Shown here one piece after another: positions 45,603 to 55,274 of a stretch of DNA of 64,000 bases. Positions within the stretch are counted from its first letter, which is position 1. Each line of letters begins with the position of its first letter. The notes under the pieces were generated by a model that saw only the letters and a list, made by a program, of their open reading frames with translations, did no database searches and was not told where the DNA came from. The translations under genes were made by a program, and so were the position numbers. The stretch comes from an uncultured Bacilli bacterium (GTDB lineage: Bacteria > Bacillota_I > Bacilli_A > RFN20 > CAG-826), in assembly GCA_944368975.1 (NCBI GenBank), contig CALVXI010000003.1, positions 65,929-129,928 of the forward strand. Direction: 5' to 3'.

Positions 45603-47015
45603 ATGTATTATAGACCTTTTGAGTCTGCAGTTGCTGCAGATGTAATACCTTTTTTTGCTAACGGAAAATTCATGCTCTTTTATTTGCGAGATTATCGTAA
45701 TATTGAAAAACATGGAGAAGGGTGTCCTTGGTGTTTGCTTGAAACAAAAGATTTAGTTCATTATTCTGATCTAGGCGAAGTATTATTAAGAGGTAAAGAA
45801 GAAGAACAAGATTTATATGTTTTTACAGGATGTTGTGTAAAGTTTAATAATGAATATCGAATTTATTATACAGGACATAATCCACATTTAAGACAAAAAG
45901 GTTTACCTGAACAAAAAATTTTAATGGCTAAATCAAGCGATTTAGTACACTGGGAAAAAGATAAGAATTTTGTTTTTGAAGCTCCTTCATGGCTTGAGAT
46001 GCATGACTTTAGAGATCCATTTGTGTTTTTTGATGAAGATACGAAAAAATGGGCAATGTTACTTGCTGGAAGAAAGAAAAATGAATCACCATTCTTTACT
46101 AAAGGTGTTACTTTAATTGCTTATTCTGAGGATGGTATAAATTGGGATGTTAGTAAGGAACATTTCTATGAGCCTAATGCTTATTTTACACACGAATGTC
46201 CTGATTTATTTAAAATTGGTGAATGGTATTATCTTATTTTTTCTGAGTTTACTGATAAAGTTTGCACAAAATATGTTATGAGTAAATCACTTAAAGGACC
46301 ATGGCACGCACCTAAAGTTGATTCCTTCGATGGACATGCTTATTATGCTGCTAAAAGTACGAGTGATGGAAATAGAAGAATTTTGTTCGGCTGGAATCCA
46401 ATAAAAGATAAAGAAATTGATAATAATCCATGGCAATGGGGAGGGACAATTATTCCTCATGAAATTTATCAAGATAAAACAACAAATGAACTTTATGTTA
46501 AATGTCCTAAAGAAATAGATGAAAACTTCTCAAAAGAACTAAAAATTACAAAAAAAGCGGAGTTTGGTAAGGTTTTTGATGAAAATAATATAATTAAATT
46601 AGACGATAAAGGTAGAAATATTGTTTTATTTAATGAATTACCTGAAAGTTGTAAATTATGTTTTGATATTAAATTAGAAGATAGAGGTGAAGCGGGCGTT
46701 TATTTAAGAGGAGCTGAAAACCTTGATACTTATTATTCAGTAAAATTTGAAAGAAAGTTTAATCGAATTGCTTTTGATAGATTACCTAGAAAAGAAAATA
46801 CTACACATACTGAAATTGATGTAGAAAGATATATCGATTACAAGGAAGTTAACAATATCAAAATCATTATTGAAGGTACTGTTCTTGTAACTTACATTAA
46901 TGATAAATATGCTATGACAACTAGAATGTTTGATCATAAGAAAGGATTATTTGGCTTCTATTCGATCAACAATAAAGTTGAAATAAGCAATATTAAATTA
47001 TTTGGAACGAAATAA
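45603..47015 (+). CDS. GH32 family beta-fructosidase-like enzyme (sucrose-6-P hydrolase/inulinase/levanase class), cytoplasmic
   Basis: The GH32 blocks are present: FRDPFVFFDE (RDP), HECPDLFKIG (EC acid/base), KDLVHYSDLG, FTGCCV, YYTGHN and a C-terminal beta-sandwich. The N-terminal nucleophile block is divergent (AADVIPFF rather than WMNDPNG). No signal peptide. Confidence 0.8.
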   Translation: MYYRPFESAVAADVIPFFANGKFMLFYLRDYRNIEKHGEGCPWCLLETKDLVHYSDLGEVLLRGKEEEQDLYVFTGCCVKFNNEYRIYYTGHNPHLRQKGLPEQKILMAKSSDLVHWEKDKNFVFEAPSWLEMHDFRDPFVFFDEDTKKWAMLLAGRKKNESPFFTKGVTLIAYSEDGINWDVSKEHFYEPNAYFTHECPDLFKIGEWYYLIFSEFTDKVCTKYVMSKSLKGPWHAPKVDSFDGHAYYAAKSTSDGNRRILFGWNPIKDKEIDNNPWQWGGTIIPHEIYQDKTTNELYVKCPKEIDENFSKELKITKKAEFGKVFDENNIIKLDDKGRNIVLFNELPESCKLCFDIKLEDRGEAGVYLRGAENLDTYYSVKFERKFNRIAFDRLPRKENTTHTEIDVERYIDYKEVNNIKIIIEGTVLVTYINDKYAMTTRMFDHKKGLFGFYSINNKVEISNIKLFGTK

Positions 47016-47016
47016 A

Positions 47017-47193
47017 ATGAAAAACACTATTGTCACAAAACTTGCTTTAGTTTTTGATTTAATGGCAATTATTATGCTATTTATTGTCCCATTTAATTCA
47101 GCAGAATTTTATGTGTTAATTTTTACAATAATATTAATGACAATTGTAGTAATTGCATCAGTAATTATAAATAGATGGAAGGATAAAAAATAA
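47017..47193 (+). CDS. small two-TM membrane protein
   Basis: 58-aa ORF starting at ATG 47017. The track starts it at TTG 47002, inside the GH32 3' end. Two hydrophobic helices and a basic tail RWKDKK. It is tightly packed between GH32 genes. Confidence 0.4.
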   Translation: MKNTIVTKLALVFDLMAIIMLFIVPFNSAEFYVLIFTIILMTIVVIASVIINRWKDKK

Positions 47194-47194
47194 T

Positions 47195-49207
47195 ATGAAA
47201 AAGAAACTCAAATTCCCATTTATTTTGTTAGTAAGTTTATTTGCTATCTCATGCTCATCATGTGATAATCAAAAAGGAGATCCAATCGTGGAAGAAAAAT
47301 TTGAATATAGTGATTTATATCAAGTTGAGAAAACAAAAAGCGACCCAATCACTGGTAAAAAACTTTATAAAGCAAGCTTTGGATATATAGAAAATGAAAC
47401 TCAAGGCTATAATGGCTTTTACTACAAAGATAATAATGGTATCGAATTAACATTTAATAATGGAAAATTTGGAAATGAATACTTTATTAATAACGGGGCA
47501 ATGCATTCAACAGCTGAAAATCAAGTAATGTATGAGTTTATTGTTCCAGAAACCGGTAAAGTTAAACTTAGTGGAAATCCTCAATTATTAAGCGAAAGTC
47601 CTGTTTCAATAGATATTTTTTTGAATGAAACGATTATAGATTCAAAAATAGTGTCAACGGCTGAAGGAGTTTATTATGAACATATAGTCGATGTTACTAA
47701 AGGCGATAAACTTCAATTTAAAATGATGAATGAAGGAGAAATTTATTGGAACCCTTCTATTGATTATAATTATTTAACTGAAGAACAAATTTTACACCAT
47801 GTAGCTGATGGTTATTATGGTGATGTACATCCATATTATGATAAGAACAACAATAAAATGTATATGTATTATCTTTCAACTGGTATGGAAACTGAAGAAG
47901 TTCATGAAAGATTTTCTTCCCTTCTTTATACAAGCACAAATATGATTCAATACACCCGCCAAAAAGTTAAAATGAGTGAAACTAATCCACCAGATCAAGA
48001 CTTATATTTTGCATTAGGTGTTTACGAGGATGCTCCTGGAAATTATAGAAGTTGTTATGGAAAAGGAAATTATGTTGGAGGAAGTTTATCTAAAGATTTA
48101 ATTACTTGGGAACTCGGTAGTGAACCATACGAGGATAGTGATGGTTTACTAAAATATACACATAGAGCATATTTTGATAATGGATGTATATCTGGTCGTG
48201 ACCCTTATATTTACTATGATAAAGATACTGAACAATATTATTGTATTGTTATGAATTATTATTCACCAAGCGAAGCAAACGGCGAAAAATATTTGACCCT
48301 TTATACAGCGGATACCGATGGTAAATATGATACTCCAAGTACTAAGTTATTACCTTTTACAGGAAGAGGAGATCCGGAATGTCCACAAATTATGAAATTA
48401 AACGATAGACGGTATATTTTCTATAGTGTCTATGGGACTGGAACAAGTGGAAATGTTGGAAGATTTGCTTATAGAATCGGTGATAAAGGTGTTTTACCTC
48501 AGGATGTTGATTGGGAAAATAAAGAAGAGAAATTTTTAGATGGTGGAGACTTACATGCGGCTCAACTTGTTAAAGTATACAATACATATTATTTATATGG
48601 ATGGTTAAACTATACTGCTTATAGTAATGTTTGGGGTGGATATATTAATTTGCCTCACGAAATTCAAGTTGAAGAGGATGGGACATTAACTCAAAGATAT
48701 GATCCAGAAATAACTAAATTATTAAATCGTGGAGAAATTATTGATGTTAATAATGATACTATTATTAATTCAACATTTACTTCATTTGAAAATGATACAT
48801 TTAGTGGCAGTGGAAGTGCCGAATTAAATAAAGATTTAACAAGAAACTACTTAACTTTTAGTGTTGATGAATTAGTAACAAATTCTTATGCAGGTTTAAG
48901 CTTAGGATTAAATAACTTATTTGTTGGTGCAATTGATATCGATGGTGAAGTTTACTTAATAGTAAGTAGAGACGTTAATAGTCCTTTAGCAGATAGTTTT
49001 ATTAAAATTGATAAAGCTGAAAAATATGATTTTAAAGTTTCAATAGATAATCAATTCATTGAAGTAACAGTTAACGATAAGGCAATGCTTTCAACTCATA
49101 CACTTTTAAATTCACAATATCGTTTAAAAGTAACTTCGAATGGAAATAATAAAATTTCTAATTTACAAGTAAATAAATTAGCAGATTATAACAATATATT
49201 TGATTAA
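47195..49207 (+). CDS. GH32-family lipoprotein with unknown ~170-aa N-terminal domain and C-terminal beta-sandwich
   Basis: Lipobox FAISC. GH32 blocks are GDVHPYYD...MYMYYLS (nucleophile region), RDPYIYYD (RDP), PECPQIMKL (EC) and WGGYINLPHE. It is a close paralogue of 58295-60310. Confidence 0.8.
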   Translation: MKKKLKFPFILLVSLFAISCSSCDNQKGDPIVEEKFEYSDLYQVEKTKSDPITGKKLYKASFGYIENETQGYNGFYYKDNNGIELTFNNGKFGNEYFINNGAMHSTAENQVMYEFIVPETGKVKLSGNPQLLSESPVSIDIFLNETIIDSKIVSTAEGVYYEHIVDVTKGDKLQFKMMNEGEIYWNPSIDYNYLTEEQILHHVADGYYGDVHPYYDKNNNKMYMYYLSTGMETEEVHERFSSLLYTSTNMIQYTRQKVKMSETNPPDQDLYFALGVYEDAPGNYRSCYGKGNYVGGSLSKDLITWELGSEPYEDSDGLLKYTHRAYFDNGCISGRDPYIYYDKDTEQYYCIVMNYYSPSEANGEKYLTLYTADTDGKYDTPSTKLLPFTGRGDPECPQIMKLNDRRYIFYSVYGTGTSGNVGRFAYRIGDKGVLPQDVDWENKEEKFLDGGDLHAAQLVKVYNTYYLYGWLNYTAYSNVWGGYINLPHEIQVEEDGTLTQRYDPEITKLLNRGEIIDVNNDTIINSTFTSFENDTFSGSGSAELNKDLTRNYLTFSVDELVTNSYAGLSLGLNNLFVGAIDIDGEVYLIVSRDVNSPLADSFIKIDKAEKYDFKVSIDNQFIEVTVNDKAMLSTHTLLNSQYRLKVTSNGNNKISNLQVNKLADYNNIFD

Positions 49208-49225
49208 TAGGAGGAAATAATTTTT

Positions 49226-51187
49226 ATGAAAGGAAAAAAATTATTATTGTTAGGTTCGCTTTTAGTGTTTGTTACTGCATGTAATCCTCAAACTGCTGGA
49301 GGTGGAAAAAACACCGATAAATCATTTGCTATGATTGGTACCTGGACACCTAGCGGTTTAGTTAATCACTACGATAGTAACACTTATTGCGATGTACTTT
49401 CATACTTTGTTGTAGAAGGCTTATATCGTTATGTTAGAAGTACCGATGAAATTTATTGCCAGTTAGCTGAAGGCATGCCAGTTCATACTGAAGCTGATAT
49501 TAATGAATATAAGGATGTAATTGGTCAAGATGCTGTAGATTATTATACAAGCCAAGGGCATTATAAAGTTGAAGTTACAACAATAAAAATTAATCCACTT
49601 GCTAAATGGCATAATGGGGATAAATTCGTTGCTAAAGATGTTTGGGCATATTATTATACAATGCATCCAACTAGTAGCAATTATATGGCTGCAGTTAAAG
49701 TTGTTGATAATGAAACTATTCAATTTATTTGGAATCCATTGAAACAAGTTGAAGATAATGTTAAAAATTTATTAATTGCTCAAGATACAAACGGAACTGT
49801 TAAATACGATGAATTTGCGACATATGTTGATCCAATTTTCGATATCGTTATGGCTTCCCCAGTTAATGAAAATCCAAATTTATGGGGTGCATTTAATAGA
49901 TTTTCAACAGATGAGCAAATTCTTGAATTAAATAGAGCTAAAAACGCTTTCTTCGAATATAGTCCAAGTTGGTATATCGGAACTGGGCCATTTAAATTCG
50001 ATACTTTTTCTGCAACTCAATTATTATTAACAAAAAACGAAGATTATTGGGCAGCTGATAAAGTTGGATTTGAAAAAGTTAAAATTTATTCAAGTTCTGA
50101 TTTAAATCAAACTTATAACTTATTAACAAATGGCTATATTCATTATCTTGATGGATTTATTCAACAAGATACTTTAAATTCAATGCTACAAACTAATCCA
50201 GATTTAGTTAATTTAAAAATGTATGATCCAGGTTCTTTTGGCCTTACATTTAATTTAGAGTCATCATATTTCCAAGATGAAAAAGTAAGAGAAGCATTCC
50301 AGTACATTTTTGATAGAGATGAAATTAAAAATGCAGGTAACCCATATGGTAAAACAAGTTATTATCCATTAATGGGTATGGCTGAAAGCGAAGCTTCCTT
50401 ATATATGAGTGAAGAAAACTTTGCTAAAATGCCAAAATTCTCTCATGATGAAGAAAAAGCTAGTGAGTTATTAATGGAAGCTGGCTGGACTAAAAATGAA
50501 GCTGGAAATTGGTGCGTTAATGGACAAGAAGTTGAAGTTAATTTAGGTGCTCCATCAACACAAGGTATTGCTTCAACAAGTGCGGAAGCAACTGCTGCTC
50601 AACTTAATGCTTTTGGAATTAAAACAAATTTATTAATTAGTAGTAACTTCTATGGAAATGCTACAGCAGAAAATAGCCAATATGATTTAATGCTTGAATG
50701 GACAGACTTGAATATGTCATTCTCTTATCCTACTGGAAGTTATTTACAATTTAGAGATATTTATTCTCAATGGATTCATGTCCCTGAATATCCTGATAAT
50801 TATGCCGATAAGCAAAAAGCAGGACAAATTAAATTAGTATTTAATGGACTTGATGGTGATACTAATACATATGAATTTGCAGATTATATCAACACATTCT
50901 ATTCATTACCTCAAGAACAATTAACTTATTTAGTTGATGTCTTTAATTTAGGTTTAGCTGATATGAATCTTGGTGTTCAATTCTTCCAAAATGTTACCTC
51001 ATCAACTTTAAATACAGGAATGATTAAGGGTGTACCATTAGAAGAATATTGGTCAGTAAATCAAAACGTTGAATACGTTCCTGAAGCTGGAACAGAAGAC
51101 TTCTATACAGTTGCAAAAACGAATTTAGTTTATGCAAGAAATAATGTCTTTATTACTGGAATGTATCAACCAAATACAGGTGAATAA
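49226..51187 (+). CDS. ABC transporter substrate-binding lipoprotein, SBP family 5 (Opp/Dpp/Nik class); predicted oligosaccharide (fructan) binder by context
   Basis: RBS AGGAGG and lipobox FVTAC. Size (653 aa) and sequence character fit family-5 SBPs. It is followed by DppBCDF-type genes and embedded among GH32 genes. Confidence 0.65.
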   Translation: MKGKKLLLLGSLLVFVTACNPQTAGGGKNTDKSFAMIGTWTPSGLVNHYDSNTYCDVLSYFVVEGLYRYVRSTDEIYCQLAEGMPVHTEADINEYKDVIGQDAVDYYTSQGHYKVEVTTIKINPLAKWHNGDKFVAKDVWAYYYTMHPTSSNYMAAVKVVDNETIQFIWNPLKQVEDNVKNLLIAQDTNGTVKYDEFATYVDPIFDIVMASPVNENPNLWGAFNRFSTDEQILELNRAKNAFFEYSPSWYIGTGPFKFDTFSATQLLLTKNEDYWAADKVGFEKVKIYSSSDLNQTYNLLTNGYIHYLDGFIQQDTLNSMLQTNPDLVNLKMYDPGSFGLTFNLESSYFQDEKVREAFQYIFDRDEIKNAGNPYGKTSYYPLMGMAESEASLYMSEENFAKMPKFSHDEEKASELLMEAGWTKNEAGNWCVNGQEVEVNLGAPSTQGIASTSAEATAAQLNAFGIKTNLLISSNFYGNATAENSQYDLMLEWTDLNMSFSYPTGSYLQFRDIYSQWIHVPEYPDNYADKQKAGQIKLVFNGLDGDTNTYEFADYINTFYSLPQEQLTYLVDVFNLGLADMNLGVQFFQNVTSSTLNTGMIKGVPLEEYWSVNQNVEYVPEAGTEDFYTVAKTNLVYARNNVFITGMYQPNTGE

Positions 51188-51225
51188 TTTTTGATAGTAA
51201 TTGTTTATTAAAAGGATAACCTATT

Positions 51226-52308
51226 ATGGAAAATGCTGTGGAAAATAAAAATAATAAATTTATTCGCTATTTAAAACTAATTCGGCAACATATTGCTCAA
51301 TTCTTTGTTAAATATCGATATTTCTTTATAAAAATTGGTATCAGTGTCATTACCCTTGCCTTAACGGTTATCCTTTTATTCTTCTTATTAAGATTAATAC
51401 CTGGCGATATCGTTCAAGAATACGCTTTAAAGCTTCAAGGCAATAGAGGAATACCATACGAACAAGCTTATGAATTAGCTAAAGATCTTTTAAATTACGA
51501 TCCTAATGAGAATATATTTGAACAATTTGGTAGATATATAGGCGGATTATTTAGAGGCGAGTTAGGTGTTTCTTATATTGAAACTGGAGTCAGTGCTAAT
51601 ACCTTAATAGCGACTCGTTTACCTTGGACTTTATTTATTTCAAGTGTAGCTTTATTCTTGTCATTCTTTATAGGAACTGCAGTTGGATGTTATGCTGCGA
51701 ATAATAGAGGCAAATTAGTAGACAAAATATCTAGTGGATATATTGCAATTAGTGGTTCAATTCCTGATTATTTAATGGCTTTATTACTTGTTATTATCTT
51801 TGCATTCCAACTAAGATTGTTCCCAAATGCAGGTAATTATAATGCTTTTGAAACGACTCCTGGATTTAATTTACCGTTTATTGGGTCAGTTTTATATCAC
51901 GCATTCTTACCAATATTAGCTTATACCCTAGTACAGACTGGAACTTGGATTCTTCAAATGAGAGGAAGTGCAATAGGTGTTTTAGGTGAGGATTATATTT
52001 TAAGTGCAAGAGCACGTGGTTTATCTGAACACACTATTCATAAAAAATATGTTAAAAAGAACGCTATGCTCCCAATGATTACCATGCTTGGTGTTTCCTT
52101 TGGAGCATTATTTGGAGGAGCAACTTTACTTGAGTCTGTATTTAACTATCCTGGGATCGGTTTAGAAATTTCAAATCGTATCATTTCAAAAGATTATATG
52201 GTAGTTCAAGGATTAATATTTTTCTCAAGTGCAATGGTTATTTGTGTCAATCTTTTGGTAGAACTTATTTATCCATTAATTGATCCAAGAGTAAGGAGGG
52301 CAGCTTAA
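51226..52308 (+). CDS. ABC transporter permease (DppB/OppB type)
   Basis: Six-TM layout, the EAA-like region YILSARARGLSEHTIHKKYVKKNAMLPM and a C-terminal IDPRVR. Confidence 0.85.
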   Translation: MENAVENKNNKFIRYLKLIRQHIAQFFVKYRYFFIKIGISVITLALTVILLFFLLRLIPGDIVQEYALKLQGNRGIPYEQAYELAKDLLNYDPNENIFEQFGRYIGGLFRGELGVSYIETGVSANTLIATRLPWTLFISSVALFLSFFIGTAVGCYAANNRGKLVDKISSGYIAISGSIPDYLMALLLVIIFAFQLRLFPNAGNYNAFETTPGFNLPFIGSVLYHAFLPILAYTLVQTGTWILQMRGSAIGVLGEDYILSARARGLSEHTIHKKYVKKNAMLPMITMLGVSFGALFGGATLLESVFNYPGIGLEISNRIISKDYMVVQGLIFFSSAMVICVNLLVELIYPLIDPRVRRAA

Positions 52309-52310
52309 TT

Positions 52311-53237
52311 ATGGCTAATATTAAAGAATTTGGCAGTAAAGTATGGTCAATAATTTGTTTAGTTTCAAAATTTATTTATGAAAGCATTCTCATTCCAATT
52401 TGGAATTTTATTAAGAAAATTTTTAAGAACCCTAAATCTGCTGTCGGTATGAGTATATTAATTGTGTTCATACTTATTGGAATATTTGGACCTCTTATTT
52501 TCCCATATAGTGCCGAAACTGATGTTGCCAATAAATATTTATGGCCAAGCCTAGAGCATCCTTTTGGAACTGACTGGCTTGGTAGAGACGTATTTAGACA
52601 AATTATTGCTGGCACGGGAAATATGCTTCAAATATCTTTCTATACTGCAATTATTAGTGTTTTAATTGGAACAATTCTTGGAATATTAGCTGGTTATGTA
52701 GGTGGAGTTGTCGATAAAATAATTATGTCGATTACTAATATCTTTTTATCAATTCCTTCATTCCCTGTATATTTACTTTTAGCAGCTGTCATTGTTATTA
52801 ATGGTTCGTTATCGTTTGCTCTAATTATTTCATTATTTTCATGGGCCGGTTTATGTAGGGCTATTAGAATACAAGTTGTTTCTTTGAAAGAACGTGATTT
52901 TATTCAAATATGTCATGTTATGCATATGAGTAGAACCCATATTATATTCAATGAACTAATGCCAAATTTATTCTCATATATTGCTATTAATTTTGTTATA
53001 TCAATGAGAAATGCAATAGTTGCTTCTGTCGGTATTATGTTTGTTGGTTTAGCAGCTTATGATCCTACTAACTGGGGAGCTATTATGCAAGCTGCTAGAG
53101 ATAAAGGCTTAGTTAATGTTCAAAATGTCATTATCTTATTATATCCATTAATTAATATCGTTATTTTCCAAGCTTCAACTTTATTATTATCGAATGGATT
53201 AGATGAAACATTAAATCCTAGATTAAAAGTTATGTAA
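52311..53237 (+). CDS. ABC transporter permease (DppC/OppC type)
   Basis: The OppC_N-like N-terminal TM is followed by HPFGTDWLGRDVFRQ, a conserved DppC/OppC motif. A multi-TM core and a C-terminal LNPR follow. Confidence 0.85.
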   Translation: MANIKEFGSKVWSIICLVSKFIYESILIPIWNFIKKIFKNPKSAVGMSILIVFILIGIFGPLIFPYSAETDVANKYLWPSLEHPFGTDWLGRDVFRQIIAGTGNMLQISFYTAIISVLIGTILGILAGYVGGVVDKIIMSITNIFLSIPSFPVYLLLAAVIVINGSLSFALIISLFSWAGLCRAIRIQVVSLKERDFIQICHVMHMSRTHIIFNELMPNLFSYIAINFVISMRNAIVASVGIMFVGLAAYDPTNWGAIMQAARDKGLVNVQNVIILLYPLINIVIFQASTLLLSNGLDETLNPRLKVM

Positions 53238-54238
53238 TGGTGATTAATATGAATAAAGAAAATATAGTTGAATTTAGAGATGTATCAATTGCTTATCCAT
53301 TAAAGAAATTTACACTCCAGGCAGTAACTAATGCTTCTTTACCTTTAAAAAAAGGAATGATTACAGCTTTAGTTGGCGAAAGTGGAAGTGGGAAAACAAC
53401 TTTAGCAAGTTCGTTAATACAATGTATATCTGAGCCAGGGAAAGTTGTTGGTGGTGACATAGTTTTTAATGATAATGGTAATGAAATATTTATAAATAAG
53501 CTTAAAGATAAAGAATTAAGAAAATTTAGATGGGAAAAAGTTTCAATGGTTTTCCAAGCTGCTCAAAGTGCTCTTAATCCTGTTATGAAAGTAAAAGATC
53601 ATTTTATAGAAACAATGAACCAACATGGAATGAAAAAAGTAACAATGGAAGAAAAGGAAGCAAAAATTAAAAAACTTTTAAATTTTGTGAAATTAGACGT
53701 TGATCGTGTTATGGATAGTTACCCACACGAATTAAGTGGTGGAATGAAACAAAGAGTCATGATTGCTTTTGCTTTATTGCTAGATCCTGAGGTTATTATT
53801 CTTGATGAACCTACAACAGCATTAGATGTTATTACGCAATATTTTATATTTACTTTATTAAAAAAGATTAATAAAGAAATGGGGATTTCAATGCTTTTAA
53901 TGACACATGATATTTCAGTCGTTGCAAAATTTGCTGATTATGTCGCTGTCATGTATGGCGGAAGGATTATGGAATATGGTGATGTTCATTATATTTTTAA
54001 AAATAGATATCATCCATACACAAGAGGATTAATCGGAGCAACCCCATCAATTTTAGGAAGTACTAAAGATATTGAAGCAATCGAAGGAAATCCACCAAAT
54101 CTTCTTGATTTACCAAAAGGATGTATTTTCAATCCTCGATGCAAATATTGTCAAAAAATATGCCAAGAACAAGAACCAGAGTCCTTATCCATTGATAATA
54201 TGAGCAAAGGAAAATGTCACTTTTATAAGGAAATTTAA
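53237..54238 (+). CDS. ABC transporter ATP-binding protein (DppD/OppD type) with Cys-rich C-terminal region
   Basis: Walker A is GESGSGKTT, the Q-loop region is VFQAAQSALNP, the signature is LSGGMKQR and Walker B is VIILDEPTTALD. The C-terminus reads GCIFNPRCKYCQKICQ...KCHF. ATG 53237 overlaps the upstream TAA. An alternative start is ATG 53249. Confidence 0.9.
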   Translation: MVINMNKENIVEFRDVSIAYPLKKFTLQAVTNASLPLKKGMITALVGESGSGKTTLASSLIQCISEPGKVVGGDIVFNDNGNEIFINKLKDKELRKFRWEKVSMVFQAAQSALNPVMKVKDHFIETMNQHGMKKVTMEEKEAKIKKLLNFVKLDVDRVMDSYPHELSGGMKQRVMIAFALLLDPEVIILDEPTTALDVITQYFIFTLLKKINKEMGISMLLMTHDISVVAKFADYVAVMYGGRIMEYGDVHYIFKNRYHPYTRGLIGATPSILGSTKDIEAIEGNPPNLLDLPKGCIFNPRCKYCQKICQEQEPESLSIDNMSKGKCHFYKEI

Positions 54239-54240
54239 TT

Positions 54241-55260
54241 ATGGAAAACACTGCACCTTTAATGTCATTAAAAAAAGTAAATATGTATTTTAAAAAACCA
54301 GGCTCTGTTTTAAAAGATAGTAATATCCATGTTTTACGAGACATCGATTTAGACATTTATCCTGGTGAAATTGTTGCATTAGTTGGCGAATCTGGTTGCG
54401 GTAAGACAACATTAGGAAAAATAATTACTGGTCTGTACAGACCAACTAAAGGTGATATATTTTTTAATGGTGAAAACGTTTCCGGATTATTTAATAAAAA
54501 AATAAATTCTTTTAATCAAGTTCAATTTATCCAACAAGACGGTTATGCAGCTTTAAATCCAGTTAGAACGATTTATCAATCTTTATATGCACCTATTAAA
54601 ACTCATAATAAAAAATTAAAAAAAGCTGAAATAGACAAAAAGATTGATGAACTTATGAATTTAGTTGGTTTAATCCCAGCTGAACAATTTTTAATTAAAT
54701 ATCCACATCAATTAAGCGGTGGGCAAAGACAAAGAATTTTAATGGCTCGAGCAATATCATTAGAACCAAAACTTATTGTTGCTGATGAGCCAGTTAGTAT
54801 GATAGACGTTTCATTAAGGTTATCTTTATTAAATTTAATGAAAGATTTAAATAAAAAATTAAATATGTCGTTTGTTTATATTTCTCATGATCTTTCTACA
54901 ACGCGATATATTGCTGAAAGTGGCAGAGTTGTAGTTATGTATCTAGGAGAAATTATTGAAACAGGCAAAATTGGCGATGTTATCGCTAATCCAAGACATC
55001 CTTATACAAGAGCTTTAATTCAAGCTGTACCAATACCTGACCCTGATTACAAAGCTAATGAAGACCTCCCTTTAAAAAGTATGGAACTTGGAAACATTGA
55101 ACATCGCCATATTGGTTGCGGTTTCTGTAATAGATGTCCTTATTTCGAGGATATTTGCACACAAAAAGTTAATTATGTTCACACCGAAACTAGTGATGTA
55201 CTTTGTAACAACTTAAATAAAGTCCCAACTGGGGCTGTTTATAAAACTTATAACAAGTAA
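54241..55260 (+). CDS. ABC transporter ATP-binding protein (DppF/OppF type) with Cys-rich C-terminal region
   Basis: Walker A is GESGCGKTT, the signature is LSGGQRQR and Walker B is LIVADEPVSMIDV. The C-terminus reads GCGFCNRCPYFEDIC...LCNN. Confidence 0.9.
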   Translation: MENTAPLMSLKKVNMYFKKPGSVLKDSNIHVLRDIDLDIYPGEIVALVGESGCGKTTLGKIITGLYRPTKGDIFFNGENVSGLFNKKINSFNQVQFIQQDGYAALNPVRTIYQSLYAPIKTHNKKLKKAEIDKKIDELMNLVGLIPAEQFLIKYPHQLSGGQRQRILMARAISLEPKLIVADEPVSMIDVSLRLSLLNLMKDLNKKLNMSFVYISHDLSTTRYIAESGRVVVMYLGEIIETGKIGDVIANPRHPYTRALIQAVPIPDPDYKANEDLPLKSMELGNIEHRHIGCGFCNRCPYFEDICTQKVNYVHTETSDVLCNNLNKVPTGAVYKTYNK

Positions 55261-55274
55261 AGGGGAAGAAGATT

